From NCBI GenBank assembly GCA_002104945.1, contig MCFH01000028.1, positions 1-64,000 of the forward strand: DNA of 64,000 bases. Direction: 5' to 3'. Origin of the DNA: Piromyces finnis finn. Lineage: Eukaryota; Fungi; Neocallimastigomycota. The notes beneath the pieces are model-generated. The model was not told the DNA's origin. It saw only the letters and a list, made by a program, of their open reading frames with translations, and did not search any database. This document shows, piece by piece, positions 1-15,158 of the stretch (position 1 is the first letter of the stretch; each line of letters opens with the position of its first letter). Made by a program: the position numbers and the translations under genes.

Positions 1-2545
1 GTTTCTTTATTTTTAAAATAGTATAAGGAATATAAAAAGTATGGAAAATAGTTAAAATACTTTCAATTACCTATTTTATTAAATATTGATTTAAAAAAAA
101 TTTTTTTGAAATTAAATTAAAACTATCTTTTAATTTACCACCTACTACCAGAATGAATACCACCATCCTTTTATTTTTCTGCCTAAAAGGAAAGGATGCT
201 TATAGACTCGAAAAATTTATTTTTTTAAACAAATAAACAAAATGGAAATTATCCTATTTTAGTAATTAGATTTAAATGAATAATTTTGTATATATTACAA
301 TATATTATGATATATTATAATGTTAAGTCAATTTGATAATAAAATATCATTTAAATATGTCAAAAAATTGTTCTTTCTTACCTATATTATTAATATAATA
401 TATTATATTATAAATAATATATGTAATGAATACATTTTATTTATAGATTCTATTAAATAAAATATATTATGATTGGCTCGGATTTAAGATTTTTAAATTT
501 AAAATTTACAATGTTAGTCTATTGTGAATGATAATCACATGTGCTGTGACAATATATTTATGTTTAGATTACATAATTTTTAAATATGAACAATTATAGA
601 TTAATTAAAAAAAAAGAGACCTTGACCGTTAAAGTGGTAGTAGTGAGAAAAAAAGAATTATGATAAGGATAGAAATCGTTTGTCTAATGAATAAAATAGT
701 ATAAAAATTTTATTATTCTTACATAGAATGTCCTATTAAATACTAAATAAGTAATGATTATGAATATTTCTTTCTATTTTGGTGAACATATAATTTGGTA
801 CTTTAACGCTACATTTACATTCTATATATCAAAAAAAAAAAAAAAAAATTAAAGTTTAAATGAAAAATGAAAAGAGTTTAAAAAAAGAATTAATTTAAAT
901 TCTGTATTTTAGTATTTAAAAAAAAAATGTAACCAAGCATCACACATTAAATCTTTTAAAAAAAAAAAATTAAATAAAAATGGATGGTTTTATCAAGGAG
1001 GTTCATTTGATTTTGGGTATAAAGCAAATAAACTATTATTATGTTTAATTTTACTTTTTTTTTTTTTTTTTTTACAAAGAAAGGCTTTAAATTTAAAAAA
1101 AAATTCAAATATTTTACACATAAAAATAAAGAATTAGAAAATATATAAAAGAGAAAAAAAAAAAAGTAGTATCCACTTTTTTTCTATTCATAGGATATGA
1201 GTTGGGAGAAAAATAGGCATAATGAATAAAATTATAAATTGATTTTAGTGAAGAGAATGGAGAATGGATTAAAAAAAAAAAAAAAAAAAAAACATCTAAA
1301 CCTAACCATAAATGAAAAATATAAAAAAAAAAAGAGGTAGAAAATAACTTTTAATTATCCATACATAAAAAAGTACAGCATATATATCAGAGTGCTTAAA
1401 GGTTAAATTCTATTAATTTAAAAAGTTATTATTGACTATGACTTTCTTTTATTCATTAAATATATATTAGTAGAGTAGTTAATATCAATGTCAAATGAAA
1501 TTGCTTACTTTACAATTCCTTTTTTTTTTTTACATTATCTATTTCTGAATTTTATTATTATTTTATAAAAAGAATTTATATATTTTTTATTATTTTTTTT
1601 ATTATATTTTTGCTTTTTGTTTTTAATTATTTTACTTTTTTTTTTTGTGTATCCTTTTTGATTTAGCTTTAATTTTTTTTTAACTAATTAGTATTTTTTA
1701 TTTTCTATTGTGTCTTTTTTTTTTCTTAATTTTTATTATAGGATTTTTTTTTTTTTTTTTTTTTTGCTTGTTTGGTGGGTTTTATTGACAGGGGGTTTTC
1801 ATTGATTTTTTGGATTGTTTGGATTGTTTTTTTTTTTTTTTTTTTTTTTTTTCTACAACGTTTGGCATTATTCTACTTTTTTTTTTTTTTACGATGATAA
1901 AGTAAAAAAAAAAAAAACATTCCAATACTAAGGAAAAAAAAAAAAATGCCATGAACACAAAGAAAATTTTTCTTTTTTTGCAGATACATTGATTTGTTCC
2001 TTAGCATGGCGGGATGTTTTTTCTTTCTTGAATGTATCATCATCTTTTTTTAAAAAAAAAAAAAAAAAATTGAGATTAAAACGAAAAAAGTGATAAACAA
2101 ATAGTAGATAAAAAAATTACAATAGGAATTATATATATTAACTCTAAAAAATTTTATTTTTTTTATTAAGGTAAAAAAAAAGGTGGAAATTTTTTTTCTT
2201 TTCTTTTCATAAAACTAAATATATATAATGAAAAAAAAGTAGGTAGTAGGTAGGTAGGGGTTGTGAAAAAATAAAAAATAAAAAAAAAAAAAATAAAATT
2301 TCTAAAGATGAGGATTAAAATTAAAAAATTAGTAATAAATATTATTTATATATATATAACGTGTGTGTGTGATTTAATGAATGACTTCTAACGATTTTTT
2401 TTTTCTGTGATGATTTAAAAGTAGTATAAATAGTAGTAAAAAAAATAATGAAAAGGATTCATTCATTGATCATCTTCATTCAGCAAAAAAAGGTGTATTA
2501 AAAGTTGTTGTTGTTGTTGTTGTTGTTTAAAAAAAATGGATTGAT

Positions 2546-4988
2546 TTAGTGAATAAAGAGCTTCTTTAATTTTTGTAAAAAGGTTAATTCTTCTGAAGAA
2601 GTGGTTGATTCTTGTTTTTCTTCTTCTTCTTCAGTAGTAGTAGAGGTGGTGGATTCTTCTACTTTTTCGGATATTTCTTCAGCTGAGGTGACTGGTTCAG
2701 TTGAAGTTTCTGATGGATCAGTAGTGGTAGTACTGTAACTACGCTTTGATGAATTATTATTTTTATCATTATTTGGATGAACAGAATTAGTGGTGCTGGT
2801 GGTATCAGTGTTGCTGGTATTGTTGCTAGTAGTAGATGAATTTTCATTAGGAGTTGGTGTTTTGGTTTCTTTAGTGTTGTTTTGTTGTTGTTGTTGTTGT
2901 TGTTGATTAGCCTTGGCTTGATTCATTTTGGAATGGATGGCCTTCTTGGCCTTCTTTATTGGATGTTTCTTTTCTTCTTCTTCTTGGAAAAGTTTTAAAA
3001 GTTCTCTTTGTTTCTTATTAATGTGTTTTGGAATTTCAACCTTGAAGTGAATCCATTCATCACCACGAACATTGGTATCCATAATGTAAAGACCACGAGC
3101 ACGTAAAATCTTTTTATCTTCTGGTTGAATACCAGCTGGAAGATCCATTTCAATATCACCATCAACGGTTGGAATGGTAACCTTACCACCAAGTATAGCA
3201 GTAGTAAGTGGTAAATTGACATTGACATGAATATCATTCTTTTCTCTTTTAAAGATTGGATGTGGTAAAATATTAACACTAATATATAAATCACCAAATG
3301 GTCCCTTACCAAATGTTGGAGCATCACCCTTACCAGCAAGACGAAGTTGAACCATAGAATCAACACCCTTTGGAATTGGAACTTCAACTGTATCAAGTTT
3401 TCTTACAAGTCTCTTACCATCACACTTCTTACATCTCTTGTCATGTGGAATGTAGAAACCTTCACCGTGACATTGACTACATGGTCTAGCCATTCCAAAT
3501 CCACCATGTTGAATAAATTCTTGACCAGTACCATTACACTTTGGACACTTTCCAGGAGTGGATTTATTATTTGTACCAGTACCATCACAATCGTGACAAA
3601 ATACCATATGATAATATTTTAATTCTTTCTTAGTACCTTTAACAATATCCATAAAATCAATGGTCATAGTGGTTTTAATATCTCTACCTAACATACCATG
3701 GTGTTTTCTGTATGGGTCATATTGACCTCCCATACCTCCCATACCTCCCATGTTACCAAAACCACCCATATTACCAGCACGTCCAAAACCTCTAAACATT
3801 TGTTCAAATATATCAAATCCGCCAAATCCGCCAAATCCACCACGACCTTGGAAACCTTGAGCTCTAGCGTTTGGATCAAAGGCTGCATGACCATATTGAT
3901 CATATTGAGCACGCTTCTTGTCATCTGATAAAATCTATAAATATTTGTAAGTTATTTTATGGTAAATTTTAGTAAATGCTGAATCTCTACGATTAATAAT
4001 CTTTCTGAGATGCATATTAATATATGATGTAAAAGCTTTGAATATAATAGCTTACTTCATAGGCGTTTTGAATTTCTATAAACTTTTCATTGGCTTCTTT
4101 TGATTTATTGGTATCTGGATGATAGGTTTTAGCCAACTACAATTATATATAAATACAACATTATATATTAATGCATGCATAAATTAATTTATCATTTTTT
4201 AAATACATTTAAAAATTATTGTGGAAATGACGTAATTACTTTATAATAAGCAGTTTTAATTTCTTTAGCGGATGCACCTTTTTTTACACCTAAGACTTCA
4301 TATAAATCCTTTTTTGTATCTTTTGATGGTACTATATGTCATATAAACACAACATTATAAAATAGTATTATAATATATGGCAATATTTAACATTTGAATG
4401 GAGAATCATAAAAACTAAAATTTATTTTATATACATGTGTGTCATATTAAATAGTTTTAATAATTACCTGTAGCATGAAAATCCCTCTTTTTAATTTTAG
4501 AAAAAACAATTTAAAAATTTTACAATAATTAATTAGTTTTTGTATATTAAAAATATTGATAGAATACTTCTGTATTTAAAAAGATGATATACCTTTTGGG
4601 TTTTTATTATATTTTTACTATTTAATAAACCTAATAAATATTTATATATTGTTGTAAATATTTTATTATTATTCAGAGACTTTTTCCAAAAATCGATTTT
4701 TATTCTTTTTTTAAAAAATATAAATTATCCTTTTAAAATTTTTTCTTCTTATTGTTTTAAGGTATATATGCCATTAAAATAAAATCATAAAAAAAATTAA
4801 GCAAATTTCCAAATAGTTATACCTTTACTTGAAGTATTTAAAGAATAATTCTTTTTTCCATTAACACTAACTGACTTATGACAATTTATAGTATTAGAAA
4901 TAGAAGTTAATGCTGGAGCAGAATTTATTAAAGTGGTATTAACAATAGATTGAACTTTAGGTAATGTATTTTTTATTTGTGAAGACAT
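2546..4988 (-). CDS. MDJ1: Type I DnaJ/Hsp40, mitochondrial/hydrogenosomal MDJ1 (DNAJA3)-like, 6 exons
   Basis: Spliced model: exon 1 4988-4823, micro-exons 4630-4593 and 4486-4468, two J-domain exons at ~4330-4060, and a last exon from ~3936 to the stop at 2546. It gives a presequence ending KRDFHAT, a J domain (DLYEVLGV...LAKTYHPDTNK...AYEILSD), a G/F-rich linker, four CxxCxGx(G/R) zinc-finger repeats (CHDCDGTG, CPKCNGTG, CSQCHGEG, CKKCDGKR) and a C-terminal DnaJ domain. Confidence 0.9.
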
Positions 4989-7028
4989 TTTTATATTCTA
5001 TTATTATATATCATTTCATCGAAAATTAAATTGAATTATATATTGAAATTTAGTAAGGTTTTGAATTTTATATATACATAGTTAAATTAGAAAATATATG
5101 TGTGGTTAAACTTTATGTTGTATATTTAAATAATAAATACTAAAATAGAAAAGAAAAATACCTTTTAATATGTATTAATCTATTGATATTGATATTAATA
5201 TGATATTCTTGTATAATATTTATTGAATGTATTGTTAATTAGTATTATTAATTTTATATAATTTCTACTTTTAAGGATAATAAATAATATAAAAGATTAT
5301 AAGTTTATTAAATAGTATAGCACAAACAAATTTATAACCTCTACAATCTTTTTACTATTTTATAATCCTTTCTAATTTTTTTTTATTTATTTTTATTTTG
5401 ATCTTTTGATAAAACTATTTTTTTTTTTTTTTTTTAAATAAAAAGAAAATGATGAGCTTAAAATTTTAAATTACCAGTATTTCTATAAAAAAAAAAAAAA
5501 GAAAGGTGTAAAGAAAAAAATTTTTTATGTTTTCTGTAGGACTCTTTTCCATATATTATGATTGTATTTTAATATATTATTAATTTAATTAAATCATAAA
5601 AATTTCAATTTTATTATTCATGGAATAGAATATAAAAAAATATATTAAATGATTCTACCGAGGTCGTATATTAAAATATATTGAATAAATTTGAAAGAAA
5701 AAAAAAGTAAAATCCTTCCGTTTAATATATTAGAATATATTGGAATATATTGGAATAAATTAAATGAAATTATAGGAAAGAAAAAAAAACATTTTTATCT
5801 TTTTGTCATTTATGGTAAATTTTATGAATTAATATTTAATTTTATATAAATGAATTAATATTAAATTGTATAAATAAATTGTATAATATATATAGATGAA
5901 TAGATAATTTATAAAATAAATAAATTCCATAAAAATGGTACATTTTAAATTTATATATGTAATAATAGCGTGAAAGTAGTAAGAGAGAATAGTAGTAGTT
6001 GGTGGTGGTGGTAGGATAAAAGATTTACATTACTTAGCAATTATAAAAAAAAAAAAAAGAATGTAAAATAACTTTTCATCATCAAGTATATAATATTTTA
6101 TGATATTTTTATAGTTTTATGTTTTATACAATCTTTCTTGCAATATTTCAAAAGAAAAAAAAAAAAGGGAATTATAAAAGTAAAAAGCACAATAGAGCCA
6201 GGTTTTAAAAATTAAATAAATAATTATAAAATAGAATATAGAAAATGGTCCAAAAAGAAATAAAAAATTTTAAAAAAGATATTTGAAGAGAAACGTTTAA
6301 AGGATGAAAATTAAAGTTAAAAAAAAGAGTTTTATTAAAGAGAATATTTTTTATTTAATATCTTTTTTGTTTTATTTTGTTTTGTTTGTTTTTTTGTTTT
6401 GTTTTTTGGTTTTTATTTAAAATTAAATGAATACAAAGGAAAACTCTAAAGAAATAAAGAATTCTTTATTCATTTTCAATTTCTTTTCAAGTTTTTCTTT
6501 ATTTTTTTTTTAATTAAAGAATAAAATATATATAAATTATTTTATTGTGAATAATATTCAAATAAACTTGAATTATAATTACAATATAAAGTATATATAT
6601 CATTCCTTTAAGATTATAACGTATATAAAGTGTATCATTTAATTTTGTTTTGTTTTGTTTTGTTTTTTTTGTTTTTGCTTTGTTTTTAGTTGTTGTTGTT
6701 TTTTTTTTTTTTTTTTTTTTTGTCTTTTTTTACCAAGATAGTAATTCTATTTTTTGATATTAGATAATTACTTTAAAAATATTAATATTTAAAACAAAGT
6801 TTAAAACTTGGAATATAACAATATGATTATAGTTTACTTTTATATTTACTATTATGATAGCTATTGGTAAGAATATTTTTATATTATATATATATTTAAA
6901 TTAAATGTTAAAAAAAAAAAAAAAGTTATTATTATTGCTGTTATTTTCTATTTAATTGTTGTGTTTATTGGTTTTATTATCTATTTAATTTTTTTTTTTT
7001 TTTTTTTGTTTTGTTTTGTTTTGTTTTG

Positions 7029-7059
<31 letters not shown>

Positions 7060-7833
7060 GTTCTTTTTGTTTTTACTTTTTTGCTTATTTTATTTTATAG
7101 GATTATTAATATTTTGTTAACAATTATTATTTTTCATTAAACAATAAAATTAAAAAGTATATTTAAAATAAACTATATAAATGTGTATAGAATTACTTGT
7201 TTAAATATATTTATATTATTATAAATAATTTGAAAACTCTATTAATAATGGTTGTGCTAACTGAATGTAAAAGTATTTGGTATAATTTTTAATTTTTTTT
7301 TTTTTTTTTTTTTTTTTTTTCATTTTTACCTTGTTTGCTATTGTCATTTTATAAATATCACTATTACTATTTTTTATATGGAAAAAATGAAGAAAAAAAA
7401 AAAGGAAAAGAAAAGAAAAAAGTAAATGCATCCTTCAAATAGTTTATTTATTTAATTCTTGGTATTGAATAAATGAATAAAAAAAGCAATGGTTCTTTTA
7501 GAAGGAATTTACGAAAAATAAGAATAAAGAATAAAGAATAGAAAAAATAAGAGAATAGATGAAAAATAATAATTGAGAAATAATAATTGGTATTGATATC
7601 TTTTTATTATCATTATCATTATTATTATTTGAGTGTGTGAATTTATTTGCTTTATTTTTAAAATATAATTTATTATTATTTTTTTTAATTGTGCATTATG
7701 TTTTTTTTTTTTTTTTTTTTATCATTATTATTATTAAATAGTTATTATTGTTTCATTTTTTAATAAAATATAAAAAAAAAAAAAAAAAAAAAACATTTTC
7801 TTTCTCTTTTTTTTTTTTTATTAGTCTGTAGTA

Positions 7834-8857
7834 TTATTCAAATGAAATTACAAATTCACCAACATCTTCTATTTTTATTTCATTAAGTGAATCTTGAATT
7901 TCATTTATTATATTAGATATCTAAAATTATAAAAAAAATAGGGAAAAAAATATTTATATATAAATAAAATATTTTATATTTATAAATGAATTGATATATC
8001 TTTTCTTGAAATATAAAGAATTAAGCTCTAAGCTCAGTAGAAAACAATACAAACCTGGCTTTTTTCATCATTCTTTATTGAAGAACTAACTATAGTAGAA
8101 AAACCATTTGCATTATCAAAAAGATTCTTATTATAGTTCGATATTACTGGTAATTTATTTATTTTTTCTTTTATGGTACTATTTTGATTTTCACATTTAA
8201 CAATTATTTCTCTTTAATATTATCATAGATTATAAATTATATATACATATACATATATATATATAAAACGTTAGTATTCCTAATCATTAACCATAAAATT
8301 TCTAAAAAAAAAAAAAAAAGTTTGAATACAAATACTAACTGGTATTCCCTAGCACGCTCAATAATATCTTGTTGCTGTAGTTGATCCATTGCTCGTATAT
8401 TTGATATATCTATCAAATTTCTAAAATGGAATAAATTTTAATACTTAACCTTAAATACTACTATAAAATATTAATATTTGTACACTTACTCTGCAGTTTT
8501 CTGAACAATTTGATTTAATTTTTCTTGTTCTCTTTGTTGACTTATCAAATGAAAGTTTTGATTACTAATATAGAATTATTTTAGATTAGTATATCATTTT
8601 ATGAATGTATTATATATATTTTATTATGAATACTTACTTATCTTCACTTATATTATCATCATTTAATAAACGAGTTCTTTCATTTGGCTATTATATCATA
8701 TAAATTAATAAATATTATTATGTTTACTATTTATTCTACAGTCGATTTGATTGTAATTACTATCAATTTTATAAAGATATCTTATTAAAAATGCATTATT
8801 ACACACACTTACTTCTATTAAATCATCATCAACACAATGACTACTACAACAGCCCAT
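7834..8857 (-). CDS. LAMTOR1: LAMTOR1/Ego1(Meh1)-like Ragulator/EGO complex anchor subunit, 6 exons (absent from the ORF track)
   Basis: GT..AG exons join in frame: MGCCSSHCVDDDLIE-PNERTRLLNDD...QREQEKLNQIVQKTAENLIDIS...NEIKIEDVGEFVISFE*. It has an N-terminal MGCC myristoyl/palmitoyl motif, an acidic dileucine sorting motif (ERTRLL), the L..IV..T..NLIDI core and a C-terminal V..F strand, all typical of this family. Confidence 0.75.
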
Positions 8858-10139
8858 TTTTGAATATGTATAAATTTATGATTTTTTTAAAAAATTGGAA
8901 AAATAAATAAATAACGTGTAAATAATAAATAAATAAATATTGAAGTGTTTGTAATAAATAAAAGTGTTGTTTCCACTCAATGATTATGTTGATAATAATT
9001 AAATAATTCCTTTAATATTTGGCTTATGTTTTTTAAAATTTAAATATAAATGTATAAATGTATAAATAAAAATAAAAATAAAAAAAAAGTAATTAATATT
9101 AAAGAATTCTTTATAATTTTTATAAATTATTTAAATTTTTAACTTTTTTTTTTTTCTTGCTATGTTATTAATTATTATTTACCTAATTATCAACAGTGGC
9201 TTTTTCTCTTTTTAAGTTTATTATTATTCAAATTAAAAAAAATCGTAAATATTTATATTATAGTAAAAATCTCTTTAATTAAATTTTCTACTACTTGAAA
9301 GAAAGCAAAAAGTATTTTTTGATTTTTTTTTTTTTTTTTAATTTTTTAAATTTATTGATATCATTGATATTTATTAATATATAGTGTTTATATGATTTTC
9401 TATAGGATTTTATACTATTTTATATATATAAATGTAATGTTTATATATAAAATTTTCTTTTTCTTATTTTTTCTAGTTAATATATTTTTATTCTTTCTTT
9501 ATATTTTATATTGATTTTATTTGAATGTTGAATATTTATTTTTCGATTTAAACGCTTGTTTTATAAAATAAATTTAATAATTTATAATTATTTTAGTAAT
9601 TAATTCGTCTTTTTCTTTATTATTTATTGATTTATATTTAAAAAAGGTATTGCTATATATTTTATAATATTTATATATAAGATTTATAATATTTTTAACA
9701 TTGATATTTTATTTAATAAGGTATTAAACTTTTTCTTGCTCTAATAAAAAAAGACATTTTTTTTAAAAAGGAAAAGAAAAATTTAAAAATTAATTTTATT
9801 TAAAAATAAAAAAAAAATTGGTAAATAACCTTAATTAATAATAAATTGATAATAGTTTATTTCTTTTATTCATTTATATATAATTGAATTTTAATATTTA
9901 AATTAGAATCTGCTATTACATTATTAATATAGGATTCTATATATTTTAAATATTATTTGCTGTTATTTTATTGCTGCAATTGTTGCATTGTTGCTGCTAC
10001 TATTACATCCTAACAAAAAAATTATAATAATAATAATAACAAATACTATTATTAGTAGTAATAGTAATGAATTAGAGATTTTTTTATTCTATAAAAATGT
10101 TATCAATAATAGTTGTTTTGTTATCAATACTTGATTATT

Positions 10140-10230
10140 TATCCATTTATTTATTCATTTATTTATATTTATTTATTTATTTGTATATTCATTTATATTT
10201 ATATTTTTATTTATATTTATATATATATAT

Positions 10231-10261
<31 letters not shown>

Positions 10262-10290
10262 TTTATTTATTTATTTATTTATTGACTTAT
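10140..10290. repeat. (ATTT)n-type degenerate microsatellite
   Basis: Runs of ttta/tatt units are directly visible. They explain the two spurious I/Y/L/F ORFs at 10097-10307. Confidence 0.8.
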
Positions 10291-13200
10291 TCATTCATTT
10301 ATATTAGTTATCTATTCACATTACCTTTATCATATTATTTAATTTAAATAATTTTTATTTTTATTTGTTTGTTAATTTAGTACTATTAAGATTATATATA
10401 AAAAAATGAAATTCATTTATAAATTATTGGCTTCAGATAAAGTAGTATTATGTTACTTGTTACTTGAAAGTTTTAAGTTTTCTAATTTTAAACATTATTA
10501 ATTTTTATTATAGCATCTTGTGACCTTGAATTTTATTTCTATTTATATTGAATAATTTAAACCTAATCCTTATAAATTTAGAAATGTTTAATGGTTAGAT
10601 TATATCAGTAGGTAATATAATAGATTTTGTAATAAAACATTTTTTTCAATAAAGAAACATGTCTTAACAATGACTAAATAAAATAACTATTTGCATATAT
10701 AGCAAAATAAGGTGTACATTTAAACTCTTTTTTTTTGACAATTATTTGAATTAATTATAAAAATGAAATTTCTCTTTTGTAAAAAGCATGTATAACTACA
10801 AAATATAAAATACAAAAGCTACAATAGTATAATTTTGTCTTCTTTTAATAATTCCAAACGTATAAAACTTTAAAACTTTCTTTGCTTTTTTTTAAAATCA
10901 TTTAAACCAATAAGTTTATTTATTTAATAAGATATTTTATTTTATAATTATAAACATATATATATAACAGCTTTCTCATTAATTAACTATATATCAACTA
11001 TAATTAAAACATATAGAGTAAAAAGTTTATATAAACTTGTGCATTAAAAAAAAAAAAAAATCAATTGTTTCCAATGATAGTAATAATTTAAAACAAAATT
11101 TAAAGTGTTTTCTTAAAAAAAAAAAATTAAAAAATATATATGATATGCAATATAAAAATGATAATAAACCCTTTTAATTTTATATGTATTTTATTTATAG
11201 TTTATACAAGAATAAGAATTATGCATTTAAAATTTTAAAAGATTATTTTTAGAAAATTAATAATTTATAATAATTGTTAGTTAGTTCACATGCTACATTC
11301 ATATTTAAGAATTAAGATCATATGGATAATTAATAATATAATTGATAAAGTTTTTTATTTTATATATTTATCCTATTTCTTATTATTTTTATATTTTTAA
11401 ATAAAGTTAAATATCGAATGATTTTTCTATTTTAAATGCAACCTTTTATCCAACACTTTCTCAAGTTGGTATCCAATCCAAAATGATGTCAAAAAAGAAA
11501 GAAGCTTTTATAAATTGAAATTCGGTAAGGATTTATATATTTTTTATAAAGCAAAAAAATATAAGCTTTCAATTTTATTTTTATTTTATTTTTTGAACAT
11601 TAAAAATTAATAGTACAGATGTATTTGATGCAAATGATATTTGCTTCCCAAGGGTATCAAATATCATTATTTATTAGTTTACTTTAATATATATACCCAT
11701 ATTTTGTAACATAAAATATATATAGGCTTTTGAATTTATATTACAATTCCAATATTATATATATTTTATAACTTTTTTTTTTTTTTTTTTTTTTTCAGCA
11801 TATCAATTATTATTGTTAGAGATTAATAGATTTTATACCAGTTCTTTATAAACATTTCCAAAAAAAAAAAAAAAAAAAAAAATAAATACAATATTATTTA
11901 TTTTTGTAGTTATTGCAAGTGATGGATCTCCCATCTCATACCATGAATATCACCAGTTTTAATAAAATTAAAGTAATTTCATTGTAACACCAAGACAGAA
12001 AAAATAGGTAATAGAAATAGGAAAAATTATATCACAAATTAAAAAACATTCATTAAAATTATTTTTAATGCTATGAAATATTGGAGGATAAAGTTTTTAT
12101 AACATATAAGATTAAAAAGTTTTTATTTAATACCAACAAAAAAAAAAACAACTGTTTTTTTTTTTTTTAAACAAATTATATTTAATGTTTATATATATTA
12201 TTAGTTAGAGTCAATAATTTTATTTTTAAAGGTTTTTTTTTTTTTTTTTTTAAATGGAAAAATAAAATTGTTACTAAAAATTTTATTCTATAACAAAATG
12301 TTTGAGAAGGATAAGACAAAATTTTATTTTTAATTATCTATTTTAAAAAGTGAACAAGTAAAGTTATTTATAACTCTTTTTTTTTTTTTTTTTTCTAAAT
12401 TCATAAAGGTAAAACTTTACTAAAAAAACATAATTAAATAGGGAATTGTATTATTCATATTACAAATGTATTATTAAATCCATAACTCATAGGCACATCC
12501 TCACATCCTCCTCCTCATCAAAATATATTAAATATGAAATGAAATTTTTAAACTTTAAAAAAAATTTTTTAATATAATTACAATCGTCAAATAAAATAGT
12601 AAATATTTTTTTATAGCCAATAAGACTAAATTTAAAAGTGACTTTGATAATTGTGTTGGGAGAATGATTGGAATAGGAAAGCCAGAAAATAAATAAACTA
12701 ACGAAATAACAAACACTTTTCTTTTTCAAGCATCCAACAATAAACCTTCTATTCATAACCAATAGGAGAAGAGGTATACTATAAAATAAAAAAATTGAAC
12801 AGAAAATAAAAAAAAAAAAGGCTTTTTTATTTTTTTATTATGTACTTATTTTTTTTTAAAACTTTTATTATTATGGTTATCCATAGTTTACAAAATAATA
12901 AAATATTATAATAATAAAACATATTGAGAAATAATAAAAAGTATTTATAAAAAAAATAAAAAGATAATATTTGTATATATAATAAAAAAAAGTTAAACAA
13001 AAATCAATAAAGTAGAATAATAGAAATAACAATTATTTTATTATTCTCATCTACTTTTCTATATATATATAAATAATAAAATAACAATAACGACAACAAT
13101 AACAAAAACAAAAACAAAAAAAAAATAATGAAATTTTAATTTTTAATATTATTAAACTATTATTTATTATTTTGCCAAATTAAATTTATAAAGAATAAAA

Positions 13201-15158
13201 TATAAATTCATATATGTTATGACAGTTAATATATAACTTCCATAATAGTTAGAATATCTATCAAAGTAATAGAAAACTATACAAAAGAAAAGAAAACAAA
13301 AATTTGTTTGCATTCATTATGATAGATACAATAGAATAATATCGTACTATTTAACTGGAGTAATAATATATATATTTTTTAAAAAATTCAGTATTTTTAT
13401 TTACTTCATTTTGAAATAATAATCAAGTTGTAATAATAATAACACAAGGTTTTTTTTTATATAGTTTAAAAAAAGAAATAATCGAATAATTAAAGTATTA
13501 TTTAATTAAAAAAAAAAAAACTTTTACATCAAAATAGATAAGAAATAAAAAGTACTATTAGCAAAAAAAATCTTTAAAGAAAAAACTTTAATATAAACAA
13601 ATAGATATTATTATATTTAACGAAATTGTAGTAAATATTTTTAAAATTGTTAATATTCAAAGTATTAAAAATAATAGTTTAAAGTATCCATAAATAACAT
13701 GTATGAAAATCAATATTTAAATATTATAATATATTAATATTATCATCAACTTATCGACATAGTCCATTTAACCTCCTTATTCATAATTAAAAAAAGACGT
13801 AATAGTAATAGCAATAGTAAATAAATAATAGTAAATAATATTAATAATTAAAATTTATTAAATATAAATATAAACTTTAAAGAAAAGAAAGTAATTTAAT
13901 AAATTATTTATTTATAAATTTACATTTTTTTCTGAACAAAGATATTATATTATAAAAAAGAATATATAGTTTTCTTGTTATTTATTTATATATATCATTA
14001 AGTTTATCTCAAATCCTATTTTATTAAATAATAAAATATAACAATATGAAATCAAACCAAAATAATTGTTATTTTATACCAAATAATAATTTAAATAGTA
14101 AGAAATAACAATAAAAAGTCAACTAAAATTATTATTAAACATACTTAATATATGATAAATACAATATATTTAAAGTATTGTCAATACCGATGGTCGTTGT
14201 TATTGTGAATTATTAGGTAGCATCGTTTTTTTATTCATTGAAATGAACGAAATTATCCATATACAAAACCTAATCCTTAGAATAATTCAAAAATTCAGTT
14301 TTATAAATAAGGACAAGATATTTTTTAAATAAAAATTTATATTGAATATATATTAACAATAAAATAATAATATATGAATAATATATTATATATACATTTC
14401 GTGATAAATTTTATTAAAAATATATAATTAAAGTAGAATATATAATTGTATGATAAACAAATCAATTAGTATAATATATTAAAATATATTGATAATAAAT
14501 AATTAGTAGATTTTAATAATAATTAAGGTTAATATATTCAAAGTATAATAATATACATAAAATTTTAAAATTTATTTTATTTGTTAATTATAGTAATTGA
14601 TTTTAATATATTACTATACATATTAATTATTAATAGAGAATAAAAATTTTTAATATTAAAAATTAATTTCTATACTAATTTTTTTTTTATTTTATTTTAT
14701 AATAAGATAAATATAATTGTAAATATTTCTTAATCATAATTTAAAAGTGTAATGGTGAATGTGGATTAAATAGCAAAAAGATTAAAGGAAAAAAAAATAT
14801 TTAATACTCTATTTAAAGCAAATTACATTAAATATCACTGGTCAAAAATATTGATTATTAAAAAATATTCAAAATACAATAAAAAGTTATATATATCAAA
14901 TATATTATAGAGAAAAAATTCATTTTTTATTTTTGAAATATTATTATTAAGCTTGGTTTATTTTCATTAAATCATCGAAGCAATATAATAATAGTAGAAA
15001 TAAACGAAGAATTTTTTAATAACATAGTAATAATTATTAGTAGAAAAAAAAAAGGATATATATTATTTTCTTTAAAATAAGTAAAGAATTCTTTTTTTTT
15101 TTTTAATTAGTTTTTAGAATTTTTAAACGTTAAATATTTGTAATATAATAAAATAAAC

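Noticed and set aside
1945-2045. Less AT-rich patch with gccatg...catggc inverted ends (ncRNA or small exon?)
   Set aside because: Pairing is short and imperfect, with no recognisable snRNA/snoRNA/tRNA boxes and no convincing spliced frame.
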